Part shown: positions 11,147-18,700 of the stretch, piece after piece
Layout of the letters: every line of letters starts with the position of its first letter
How positions within the stretch are numbered: the stretch's first letter is position 1
Source of the DNA: Pseudomonadota bacterium
Lineage (GTDB): Bacteria > Desulfobacterota > Binatia > Binatales > Binataceae
Reading direction: 5' to 3'
DNA: 64,000 bases
Assembly: GCA_021324855.1 (NCBI GenBank)
Contig: JAJPIG010000011.1
Location: 130,877 to 194,876 of the forward strand
The notes under the pieces: generated by a model
The model's input: only the letters and a program-made list of their open reading frames with translations
Told to the model about the DNA's origin: nothing
Database searches by the model: none
Position numbers and translations under genes: made by a program

Positions 11147-11250
11147 AGTATCCGGGCGGACGGCCGGCGGCTCAGGGAGCGACCACCGGCCAATACCCGG
11201 AATGGGCGCCGGGGCAGGAACCGCTGGCGGGGCGGGTTATGTTGGTGGGC
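11130..11250 (+). repeat. Pre-tip constant segment, copy 1 (3' part only)
   Basis: Encodes IRWELKYPGGRPAAQGATTGQYPEWAPGQEPLAGRVMLVG; nearly identical in DNA to 13387-13507. Confidence 0.95.
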
Positions 11251-11550
11251 GATTATTCAACCCCGGGGGCGACTGCAAATTCGACGCCCCGGCCGCAGAC
11301 GTCTTCTCCGACACCATCCCCAACGGCCCGCTCCGGAAGCCGCTTTTCGAAGGCGTTCAGCGTATGCATAGCCAACGCGCTCGCTGGCCCATTGATTATT
11401 CCTCCGATAGTCTGCGGGGCGAGCGGATACGCATGCGCCCAGGGTTTTGGGATTGCTGAACCAGCTTGCCAAGTAGCAATACCATTTTGCACTGCGACGA
11501 TCGCAACCATCGGTGCATGCGCGACAGGCGTCGGGACGCCTGAGTTCTAG
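11131..11550 (+). CDS. Orphan cassette 1: constant segment plus 99-aa tip (S/T/P linker and hydrophobic 6-Cys peptide), putative toxin
   Basis: Open frame through the repeat into DYSTPG...VCIANALAGPLIIPPIVCGASGYACAQGFGIAEPACQVAIPFCTATIATIGACATGVGTPEF*. Toxin function is inference. Confidence 0.6.
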   Translation: MRWELKYPGGRPAAQGATTGQYPEWAPGQEPLAGRVMLVGDYSTPGATANSTPRPQTSSPTPSPTARSGSRFSKAFSVCIANALAGPLIIPPIVCGASGYACAQGFGIAEPACQVAIPFCTATIATIGACATGVGTPEF

Positions 11551-11586
11551 AGATGTTATGAGAAGCCGTATCATGAGGCTCCATTT

Positions 11587-11964
11587 ATGCAGAATGTAAA
11601 CCTAACAAAGGGGACTCGAAGAACGATTAAAATCGCAATCTGCGCGATACTGATCGCGCAGGTATTAGGAAACATATGCTTATGGTATTTGAAAGCGGGG
11701 CCTGGCAACATGCGAATAGACCCGCGCCTGATTTTCTTGATTTTGCCCGGAATGATTTATTTGATGTGCACAAACGTACCATATGTGCTCGAAAGCTCGG
11801 AGGGCATTAAGCGTCAGGCCATTCATTACGCGAACTGGGCGCTGGCGTTCGGAATCTGGCAATTCTTAGCGCCGATTGGGCAGAGCGCTCTGGTCGCGCT
11901 CTTCGCAGTTGGTGTAGTGATAATGGTGCTTTCTGTGAAAGATGCTATTCGGGTCGAAGCATAG
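11587..11964 (+). CDS. Four-TM membrane protein, putative immunity partner of cassette 1
   Basis: Four hydrophobic stretches; AT-rich; immediately downstream of tip 1. Confidence 0.65.
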   Translation: MQNVNLTKGTRRTIKIAICAILIAQVLGNICLWYLKAGPGNMRIDPRLIFLILPGMIYLMCTNVPYVLESSEGIKRQAIHYANWALAFGIWQFLAPIGQSALVALFAVGVVIMVLSVKDAIRVEA

Positions 11965-12011
11965 CCCTGCTTAAGCGGCCATCCCGGTTGGAACCGTTGG
12001 GTTAGCGACCT

Positions 12012-12611
12012 GTGTCGCGGGCACCGCGGGCCGTGGCGGGATCCGACTTCATCGCTTCTCTGATCGCCGCTGACTTTACCGTGGGCATGATCGATCCGGC
12101 CGATCTGATTCCGGCCGCGGCGATCGCCGAGGCTCTCTATGAGATTGCCGACCTGTTCGGGCCTCGATCTGATCGGCGGCGGCCATCCGTACATTCCGCC
12201 GATTACACGTTGGGAACTGAAGCATCCGGGCGGACGGCGGCTCGGGGAGCGACCACCGGCCAATCCCCGGAATGGGCGCCGGGGCAGGAACCGTCGGCAG
12301 GCCGGGTTATGTTGGTTGGCCAGGTTTTCACCACCGCCCCGTATGCCCCATGCCAAGGCGAATGGATACCTCGGCGCCCCCCGGAAGCGTTAGGCTGGGC
12401 AGGCACCGGTACCGGGAGAGGGGAGGAGCCTGCCAATGGGGATGTGGGTTGTAGACAGTTCTGGGGATGCCGCAACTGTGATGACTGCTCCTTTGACTTA
12501 TACTCTGGGACAGGTCCATGGACGATTGGAAGGGGCGATGGCTGTGTAGCCGCTCCGGCCAGCCCGCAGAAGGGTTGTCCTGATATGAAGTTTTGGCGAG
12601 GACATAGATAG
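12012..12611 (+). CDS. Orphan cassette 2: constant segment plus 96-aa Cys-rich tip, putative toxin (probably degenerate)
   Basis: Tip 12321-12611 has 7 Cys (CQGEW...GCRQFWGCRNCDDCSFDLYSG...PQKGC) and is homologous to tip 3. Confidence 0.6.
   Translation: MSRAPRAVAGSDFIASLIAADFTVGMIDPADLIPAAAIAEALYEIADLFGPRSDRRRPSVHSADYTLGTEASGRTAARGATTGQSPEWAPGQEPSAGRVMLVGQVFTTAPYAPCQGEWIPRRPPEALGWAGTGTGRGEEPANGDVGCRQFWGCRNCDDCSFDLYSGTGPWTIGRGDGCVAAPASPQKGCPDMKFWRGHR
12060..12320 (+). repeat. Pre-tip constant segment, copy 2 (compensating +1/-4 indels)
   Basis: LIAAD...AAIAEALYEIADLFG|LDLIGGGHPYIPPITRWELKHPGGR|AARGATTGQSPEWAPGQEPSAGRVMLVG. Confidence 0.95.
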
Positions 12612-12625
12612 GGGGCACACGGACC

Positions 12626-13165
12626 GTGAGAATTCTACGGGCTAAAGTCTATTTCCTTTTAATTTTAATTTTTCTTATAAGTACGATCGGCGCTGAGCAG
12701 CGACCCGCTGATGCTGCTCAACGTCCGAGCGCTCTGTTGCTTTATCCCAAGGCATCAAACGTCTCGTCCGGACGGAATGGAAACGACCTCACTTATCACG
12801 TCAATGTTAAGTATCCTGCCTCCGATTTTATCGGCTGGATTTCCAACAGGTTACAGGAGTTAGGCTGGGAGCCCCTTAAGGAGGATTTCCTGAACCCGGG
12901 CCTTCCAACATCTCAAGTAAGAGGCTGGTTGGAGTTCGTCGATGAGCGCAAAAAGCCTGAATTGATTCATCAATGGATCGGCGATTGGAAGGACTCCTCC
13001 GGAAACATCGTACGTTATGCACTTCGGTACAGGAAGCCCGGATATGGTACTTCCGACTTGACTGATTTGGAGGTGATAGCTTCGTACGATTCGGCCTCGA
13101 CTGTGCGCAAGCTACAGCGGAGCGTCGAACGATTCAAAGAGACTCAACAGCGATCCCCTCACTAA
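12626..13165 (+). CDS. Exported protein, putative immunity partner of cassette 2
   Basis: Signal peptide MRILRAKVYFLLILIFLISTIGA; clear paralogue of 13833-14339; AT-rich. Confidence 0.75.
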   Translation: MRILRAKVYFLLILIFLISTIGAEQRPADAAQRPSALLLYPKASNVSSGRNGNDLTYHVNVKYPASDFIGWISNRLQELGWEPLKEDFLNPGLPTSQVRGWLEFVDERKKPELIHQWIGDWKDSSGNIVRYALRYRKPGYGTSDLTDLEVIASYDSASTVRKLQRSVERFKETQQRSPH

Positions 13166-13168
13166 CCC

Positions 13169-13801
13169 TTGCTCAAGCGGAGCTTCGTCACCGTGGGCGA
13201 CGGCGCCGCCGCAGGCATGGAGGCGTGTAATGCATTCATCGCCGCTGATCTGGCGTTCGGCGATACGAATCCCGGCACCGCGTTGCCGGCTTGGGCGGTG
13301 GCGGCGATCGCAGAGGCAATTTATGGGATTGCCGACCTGTTCGGCCTCGATCTGTTCGGCGGCGGCCATCCGTACATTCCGCCGATCATACGTTGGGAGA
13401 TAAAGCATCCGGGCGGACGGCCGGCGGCTCAGGGAGCGACCACCGGCCAATACCCGGAATGGGCGCCGGGGCAGGAACCGCTGGCGGGGCGGATCATGTT
13501 GGTGGGCGTGAATGATTGTGGCGGCGAATGGGTGAATACAAAGTCTCGCGACAGTTTGGTCATCTGCTCCCCCAACTATGGCTGCGCGACTCTCGGGTGT
13601 CTTTGTTACTGGGGGTGTCGAGAGTGCGACGGCTCCTTTGACCTATACTCTGGGGACGTAGAGTCCGGGAACGGGCCCACCACGCGAGGCATACCGCTGG
13701 GCAATGGTGGTTGCTCTTGCTTGAATTATCCGGGTCCACAGCAAGGTTGCCAAAAGAATAACCCGCCTGGTCCTGGTATTTGGCGCCGCCGAAACCCTTA
13801 G
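13169..13801 (+). CDS. Orphan cassette 3: constant segment plus 97-aa 10-Cys tip, putative toxin
   Basis: Tip 13508-13801: CGGEW...GCLCYWGCRECDGSFDLYSG...GGCSC...GPQQGC. The true start is uncertain. Confidence 0.65.
   Translation: MLKRSFVTVGDGAAAGMEACNAFIAADLAFGDTNPGTALPAWAVAAIAEAIYGIADLFGLDLFGGGHPYIPPIIRWEIKHPGGRPAAQGATTGQYPEWAPGQEPLAGRIMLVGVNDCGGEWVNTKSRDSLVICSPNYGCATLGCLCYWGCRECDGSFDLYSGDVESGNGPTTRGIPLGNGGCSCLNYPGPQQGCQKNNPPGPGIWRRRNP
13235..13507 (+). repeat. Pre-tip constant segment, copy 3 (intact)
   Basis: FIAADLAFGDTNPGTALPAWAVAAIAEAIYGIADLFGLDLFGGGHPYIPPIIRWEIKHPGGRPAAQGATTGQYPEWAPGQEPLAGRIMLVG. Confidence 0.95.
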
Positions 13802-13832
13802 ATTTGATGGCCAGGGCGTTAGGAGTATCAAT

Positions 13833-14339
13833 ATGGCGGTTCGAGGCAAGATTTTCGCGGTCTGGGCTATAATTGGTTTAGTCTTGATTCAGGTACATTT
13901 TGTCTACACGCGCGAATATCCTGAAGCACTGCTTGAGTACCCTAGCGCTAAGGCTGCGAAATATAGCGAGGTCGAGGGCAAAACACAGCTTGACTACTTC
14001 TTGGACACCAAGTTTCCCGCTTCAGGGGTGATTGGCTGGGTTTCCGATCACCTTAAGGATGCCGGATGGAAACCACTCACGCATGATTTTCTGAATCCGA
14101 CATTACCCTCATCTCAGGTACAGGGTTGGCGTCACTTCATAGACGGAAGAGGAAAACACGATATCTGCGTTCATGCCTGGACGGGGGACTGGACGGACGC
14201 CTCCGGGAATGTTGTCACGTATGCTTTTATATACCGGACCGTTGATTGTAGCACTTCACATTTGACCAATCTTGAAGTGTTGGTCGTATATTATCCTGCG
14301 CAAACTGCAGAGCAATTCAGAAAGCTCGGAGGCGGATAG
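13833..14339 (+). CDS. Exported/membrane-anchored protein, putative immunity partner of cassette 3
   Basis: AGGAG RBS; N-terminal hydrophobic segment; shares K[YF]PAS..IGW.S..L...GW.PL..DFLNP.LP.SQV.GW..F.D and W.GDW.D.SGN.V.Y with 12626-13165. Confidence 0.78.
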   Translation: MAVRGKIFAVWAIIGLVLIQVHFVYTREYPEALLEYPSAKAAKYSEVEGKTQLDYFLDTKFPASGVIGWVSDHLKDAGWKPLTHDFLNPTLPSSQVQGWRHFIDGRGKHDICVHAWTGDWTDASGNVVTYAFIYRTVDCSTSHLTNLEVLVVYYPAQTAEQFRKLGGG

Positions 14340-14383
14340 CGGCCCGCGGGCTCAGCCCTGCCTCAGCCTGGCCAGCCGAAGAA

Positions 14384-14507
14384 CTCATCGCCGCCGATCT
14401 GACGTTCGGCGATACCAATCCCGGCACGGCGTTACCGGCTTGGACGGTGGCGGCGATCGCCGAGGCCATCTATGGGAGTGCCGACCTGTTCGGGCCTCGA
14501 TCTGATC
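14384..14507 (+). repeat. Pre-tip constant segment, copy 4 (5' part only, no tip)
   Basis: LIAADLTFGDTNPGTALPAWTVAAIAEAIYGSADLFG; DNA matches copy 3, then breaks off. Confidence 0.92.
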
Positions 14508-14619
14508 GCAGCCCCCCGCATCGCACGGTTCTTTGCCCTCGCCCAAATTGGGGGAGGCTGAGGGCGCCTGAAGGTCCGATTGACATATGCCCTCTGAGGT
14601 GCGGTGATTTGAGCGGCGC

Positions 14620-15711
14620 ATGATGGCGGGGCCAACCAAAGAATTGCTCATGGTCGGGAGCGTGCCGCTCGATACGGCGGAGGAAGTGATGCGCGCGCTC
14701 GCTGAAAAGCTGGGCCCATCGCTCGATTGCTTCCCCGACGGCGAGGTCGGCGAGCGTCATCGATGGATCACGTTCCAGGCCTATCGCGTGATGCACGGTC
14801 ATCCTGAGATCGAGACGCTCACCCGGCCTGCACCGATCAACGGGGTCGAAAGCTGGCGTCCCCGTGACATCCACGATTACTGGAGCTTCCGCGTTCGTCC
14901 CGGAGTCGAGCGCGTGCGCTTCGGCGATCCCGGATGGCGGCTCGGCTACGCGCACGACGCGGCCAATTCCTATTTTGTCTTCAAGACGCTCCGCGCGCAG
15001 GGCGTGATTCCCGCCGCCGCGCGCTTCCAGGTCTGCATCCCATTGCCGCTGAGCGTGCTGTATCTCCAGTTTCGCGATCCCGCGGATTGGGATCGCGTGG
15101 GGCCGGGCTACGAAGCCGCGATGCGTGACGAGATCGCGACTATCGTGCGGCAGATTCCCGCGCGCGACCTCGCGATCCAATGGGATTGCGCGAGCGAGAT
15201 GGTCGACCTTGAAAATTTCCTGCCGTGGACGCCGGGCGAAGGCAAGCTCGAGCGGCTCGTTGGGGAGATCGAACGGCTCAGGATGAGCGCGATTCCCGAG
15301 GACGTCTGGCTCGGGCTCCATCTCTGCTACGGCACGCTCGGCGGATGGCCGATGGTGATGCCCAAGGATTTCGGGCTCTGTGTTCAGGTCGCCAACGCGG
15401 CGGCCGCGGTTGCCGGACGCCGATTCGATTTCATCCATATGCCGGGGCCGGCGAATCGCTTCGACGACGATTTCTATCGGCCGCTCAGCGATTTGAAGAT
15501 ACCCGGCGCGCGCATCTACCTCGGCATGATTCACGATCACGAGCAGGACGCGGAGCCGCTGCGCCGGCGGATCGAGGTGGCGCGGCGTTATCTCCCGGAA
15601 TTCGGACTCGGCGCGCCGTGCGGCTTCGGTCGCCGCAAGCGCGAGGAGATTCCGCGCGCCTTGGAAGCGCATCGTGTCGCCGCGGAAACCTTGCGCGCAT
15701 CGCAAGCCTGA
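14620..15711 (+). CDS. Single-barrel MetE/UROD-superfamily putative Zn enzyme
   Basis: VGSVPL, PDGEVGER, IQWD, GLHLCYG and PCGFGR motifs; paralogue of 50080-51138. Confidence 0.8.
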   Translation: MMAGPTKELLMVGSVPLDTAEEVMRALAEKLGPSLDCFPDGEVGERHRWITFQAYRVMHGHPEIETLTRPAPINGVESWRPRDIHDYWSFRVRPGVERVRFGDPGWRLGYAHDAANSYFVFKTLRAQGVIPAAARFQVCIPLPLSVLYLQFRDPADWDRVGPGYEAAMRDEIATIVRQIPARDLAIQWDCASEMVDLENFLPWTPGEGKLERLVGEIERLRMSAIPEDVWLGLHLCYGTLGGWPMVMPKDFGLCVQVANAAAAVAGRRFDFIHMPGPANRFDDDFYRPLSDLKIPGARIYLGMIHDHEQDAEPLRRRIEVARRYLPEFGLGAPCGFGRRKREEIPRALEAHRVAAETLRASQA

Positions 15712-15745
15712 ATTTCATCGGACAAAAGGAGAGGGGTAAGAAAGA

Positions 15746-16057
15746 GTGGGACGCAGAATCCTGGCCGGCTTTGGGACGCTGTTTGTAATCATCTTTTTCG
15801 GCGCGGCACCCTTCGCCGCTGCAGCCGGCCGCACGATCGAAGTGAACGGGCGGGGCGAGGCAAAGGCCAAGCCGGACACGATGCTGCTGTCGTTTGTCGT
15901 CGAAGCCAAAGGCGACAGCGCCGACGAGAGTACAACGGCGCTGACGGAGCGCGCCAAAGCGCTCGGCGCCGCATCGATTCCGAACGCTCTGCCGCGCCTG
16001 ACGCCGCGCGAGGTCAGCTACACCGCCGAAGTCAGCGTGACTTATCAGATCGAGTGA
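15746..16057 (+). CDS. Short SIMPL (DUF541)-like exported protein, internally deleted
   Basis: Signal peptide, RTIEVNGRGEAKAKPD (SIMPL N-terminus) and EVSYTAEVSVTYQIE (SIMPL C-terminus) in only 103 aa. Confidence 0.7.
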   Translation: MGRRILAGFGTLFVIIFFGAAPFAAAAGRTIEVNGRGEAKAKPDTMLLSFVVEAKGDSADESTTALTERAKALGAASIPNALPRLTPREVSYTAEVSVTYQIE

Positions 16058-16112
16058 CGCTGCCCAATCTGATGCGTTGCAGTGTTCTTCGGCCGCGGCG
16101 CGTAGTCTTCCG

Positions 16113-16592
16113 CTACTTTACGTACAGAATCAGTGACTCGTAGATCACCGCCGGCCGATCCTGGCCGACGACGTGGATGTGCACCTCGGTCGTCACCTGC
16201 GTCCCCTGCGGGCGCGCCTCGACCGCGAGCAGCCGCGTGCGCGCATGCACGCTCGCACCCGCTGGCACCGGCTGAGCGAAGCGCAGCTTGTTCGCGCCGT
16301 AGTTAACCACGTTGCGATAGCCGGTGACCTTCCACGCCGTCGCCGAATCGTCAAACGTGGTAAGCGCGGGAATCAGGCTGAGCGTCAGGAAGCCATGCGC
16401 GACCGGTCCCTTGAACGGGCTTTCGCGTTTGGCACGCTCGACATCGACGTGAATCCATTGATGGTCGCCGGTCACATCGGCGAACTGGTTGATCTTCTCC
16501 TGCGTCACCGCGATCGGCTTGCTCCACGGGCCGAACTGATCGCTGATCTTCGAGCGCAGCTTTTCGAGGTCGTCGAAGCGGATGGTCTCCAT
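16113..16592 (-). CDS. MaoC family dehydratase
   Basis: FADVTGDHQWIHVD...AHGFLTLS, NYGANKLRF. Confidence 0.93.
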   Translation of the reverse strand: METIRFDDLEKLRSKISDQFGPWSKPIAVTQEKINQFADVTGDHQWIHVDVERAKRESPFKGPVAHGFLTLSLIPALTTFDDSATAWKVTGYRNVVNYGANKLRFAQPVPAGASVHARTRLLAVEARPQGTQVTTEVHIHVVGQDRPAVIYESLILYVK

Positions 16593-16712
16593 GGCGTCCT
16601 CCAGTGCCTATCGATGTAGCGCGCGCGGCGCATCGAATGGAAGCGCAAACGTTTGACAAGCGCGCTTCAAACCGCATAGCTAACCCAAATCGCACAGTAG
16701 CGAATCTCGGGC

Positions 16713-17531
16713 ATGCCGACCAAGTACTGGGACGTCTCAGGCCACGCGATCTATCTTCATTATGCGGGCGCGACCACGCTGCCCGGTGTTGCGCCCGACC
16801 TTGGCCGTGGACGCCGGTTGCTTTTCCTCCATGCCGCCGGCTCGAACGGCCACAACTGGCATCATCAGATCGATCACTTCGGCGCGGCGCATAGCCCCGT
16901 CGCGTTCGATTTTCCCGGCCACGGCCGCTCCACCGGGCTCGAAGGCTTCGGCTCGATTCGCGAGTATGCCGATTTCACTGTCGCGCTGATGGATTCGCTC
17001 GCGATGCGATCGGCGGTGATCGTCGGGCGCTCGATGGGCTCAATGATCGCGCTTGACCTGGCCGCGCGGCATCCGGCGCGCGCTGATGCACTGGTGCTGA
17101 TTGCCGCCGCTGCGAAGCTGAACCTGCCATCGGAACGGCTCGAGGCGCTCCGGGCGGTCGCCGTCGGACGCGCGGCGCAGGCCTTCACCAACGACGGCTT
17201 CGCGAAGGCGACGGTCGAGAAAAACTTCTCCGTCGTCCGCGAGTCGTGGATGGAACAGGTGAAGACCGACCCGCGCGTGCGCTACACGGATCTGATGGCG
17301 TGCAATACCGCCGATCTCCGCGACTCGCTCACGAGGATCGACCAACCGACGCTGTTGATCGCCGGCGCCGAGGACGGCGTAACCACGCCGGGCGACGCCG
17401 AATTTATCGCGGGCAGAATCAGAGGGGCGCGGGTCGTGGTCATTGCCGATGCCGCGCATAACGCGCCGATCGAACGCCCGGCCGAAGTGAACGCGGCGCT
17501 CGAAAAATTTCTCGCGGAGATTGCCCGATGA
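16713..17531 (+). CDS. Alpha/beta fold hydrolase
   Basis: FLHAAG, DFPGHGRS, GRSMG, AGAED and AAH motifs. Confidence 0.9.
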   Translation: MPTKYWDVSGHAIYLHYAGATTLPGVAPDLGRGRRLLFLHAAGSNGHNWHHQIDHFGAAHSPVAFDFPGHGRSTGLEGFGSIREYADFTVALMDSLAMRSAVIVGRSMGSMIALDLAARHPARADALVLIAAAAKLNLPSERLEALRAVAVGRAAQAFTNDGFAKATVEKNFSVVRESWMEQVKTDPRVRYTDLMACNTADLRDSLTRIDQPTLLIAGAEDGVTTPGDAEFIAGRIRGARVVVIADAAHNAPIERPAEVNAALEKFLAEIAR

Positions 17532-18694
17532 GCCTGCGAGGCAAGGCCGCGATCGTCGGCGCATGGGAACATCCGACGCGCTTCGCGCCGAACAAGACCA
17601 TGTTCCAGATCATGGCGGAGAGCGCGCGTGGCGCGCTCGACGACGCGGGCCTCACGATCAAGGACGTTGACGGCCTCTGCACGACCGGCGTCGGGATGGG
17701 CTGGATGGGCCTGCTTGGCTTCTGCGACTACCTCAACCTGACGCCGAGCTATGTCGACTCGACGGCGATCGGCGGCTCGTCGTTCGTGGCGCATACCGCG
17801 CATGCCGCGGCCGCGATCGCGGCCGGCCTCTGCGAGACGGTGCTGATCGTCTACGGCTCGACGGCGGCCTCGCAGCGCTTCGCGATCGGCACGGGCGGCG
17901 TGGCCGGCGGCGGCGAACCCTGCGATCAGTACGAGCTGCCGTTCGGACCGACCACGGTCGGCTCCTACGCAATGATTGCGCAGCGCCATATGCACGACTA
18001 CGGCACTACGCCCGAGCAGCTCGCCGAGGTCGCGGTGATCGCGCGCCAGCACGCCGCGCTCAATCCCGACGCGAAGTATCGCGAGCCGATCACGGTCGCC
18101 GATGTGCTTGCGTCGCGCATCGTGTCGTCGCCGCTCCATCTGCTCGATTGCTGCATGATTAGCGACGGCGGCGGCGCGGTGGTCGTCACCTCGGCCGAGC
18201 GCGCGCGCGATTTGAAGAAGCCGCCCGTCTACCTGCTCGGCGCGGGCGAGGCGGTGCGCCATACGGCGCGTGGCACGCGCGATTTCCTCGAGGTCGCAGC
18301 GGCGCAATCGGGGCGGCTCGCCTTCGAGCGCGCCGGTGTGAGCCATCGCGAAATCGATCTCGCGATGGTCTACGATTCGTTCACGATCACCGTGATCGTC
18401 ACGCTCGAGAACCTCGGCTTTTGCAAGCGCGGCGAAGGCGGCGCGTTCGTCAGTGGCGGACGGCTCCGCTTCGACGGCGATTTTCCGCTCAACACCGACG
18501 GCGGCGGGCTGTCGTCGAATCATCCCGGGATGCGCGGGATGTTCCTGCTGATCGAGGCGGCGCGCCAGTTGCGCGGCGAGGCCGGCGCGCGCCAGGTCCG
18601 CGATTGCCAAATCGCGCTCGTGCATGGCACTGGCGGAAATCTCGGCACGCGTCATTCCGGCGCGACGTTGATCCTGTCGAATCAGGTTGGATGA
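17528..18694 (+). CDS. Thiolase-like (SCP-x/Ltp2-type) protein
   Basis: DCCMISDGGGA, YDSFT, NTDGGGLS and HGTGG motifs; IGGSS where classical thiolases carry the nucleophilic Cys. Confidence 0.9.
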   Translation: MSLRGKAAIVGAWEHPTRFAPNKTMFQIMAESARGALDDAGLTIKDVDGLCTTGVGMGWMGLLGFCDYLNLTPSYVDSTAIGGSSFVAHTAHAAAAIAAGLCETVLIVYGSTAASQRFAIGTGGVAGGGEPCDQYELPFGPTTVGSYAMIAQRHMHDYGTTPEQLAEVAVIARQHAALNPDAKYREPITVADVLASRIVSSPLHLLDCCMISDGGGAVVVTSAERARDLKKPPVYLLGAGEAVRHTARGTRDFLEVAAAQSGRLAFERAGVSHREIDLAMVYDSFTITVIVTLENLGFCKRGEGGAFVSGGRLRFDGDFPLNTDGGGLSSNHPGMRGMFLLIEAARQLRGEAGARQVRDCQIALVHGTGGNLGTRHSGATLILSNQVG

Positions 18695-18700
18695 GCCCCG

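Noticed and set aside
11239-13801. Cys-rich tips as RiPP precursors (sactipeptide/lanthipeptide)
   Set aside because: No adjacent modifying enzyme, peptidase or transporter; the only radical SAM gene is QueE 12 kb away. The YD remnant and partner genes fit toxin cassettes better.
11130-14507. Repeats as a CRISPR array, DGR template/variable pair or IS copies
   Set aside because: Copies are 120-270 nt, protein-coding and about 1 kb apart; differences are not adenine-specific; no cas, reverse transcriptase, transposase or terminal inverted repeats were seen.
14536-14566. Hairpin at the right edge of the cassette array as a mobile-element end
   Set aside because: Imperfect, single copy and without a matching left end; may be a terminator or REP-like remnant.
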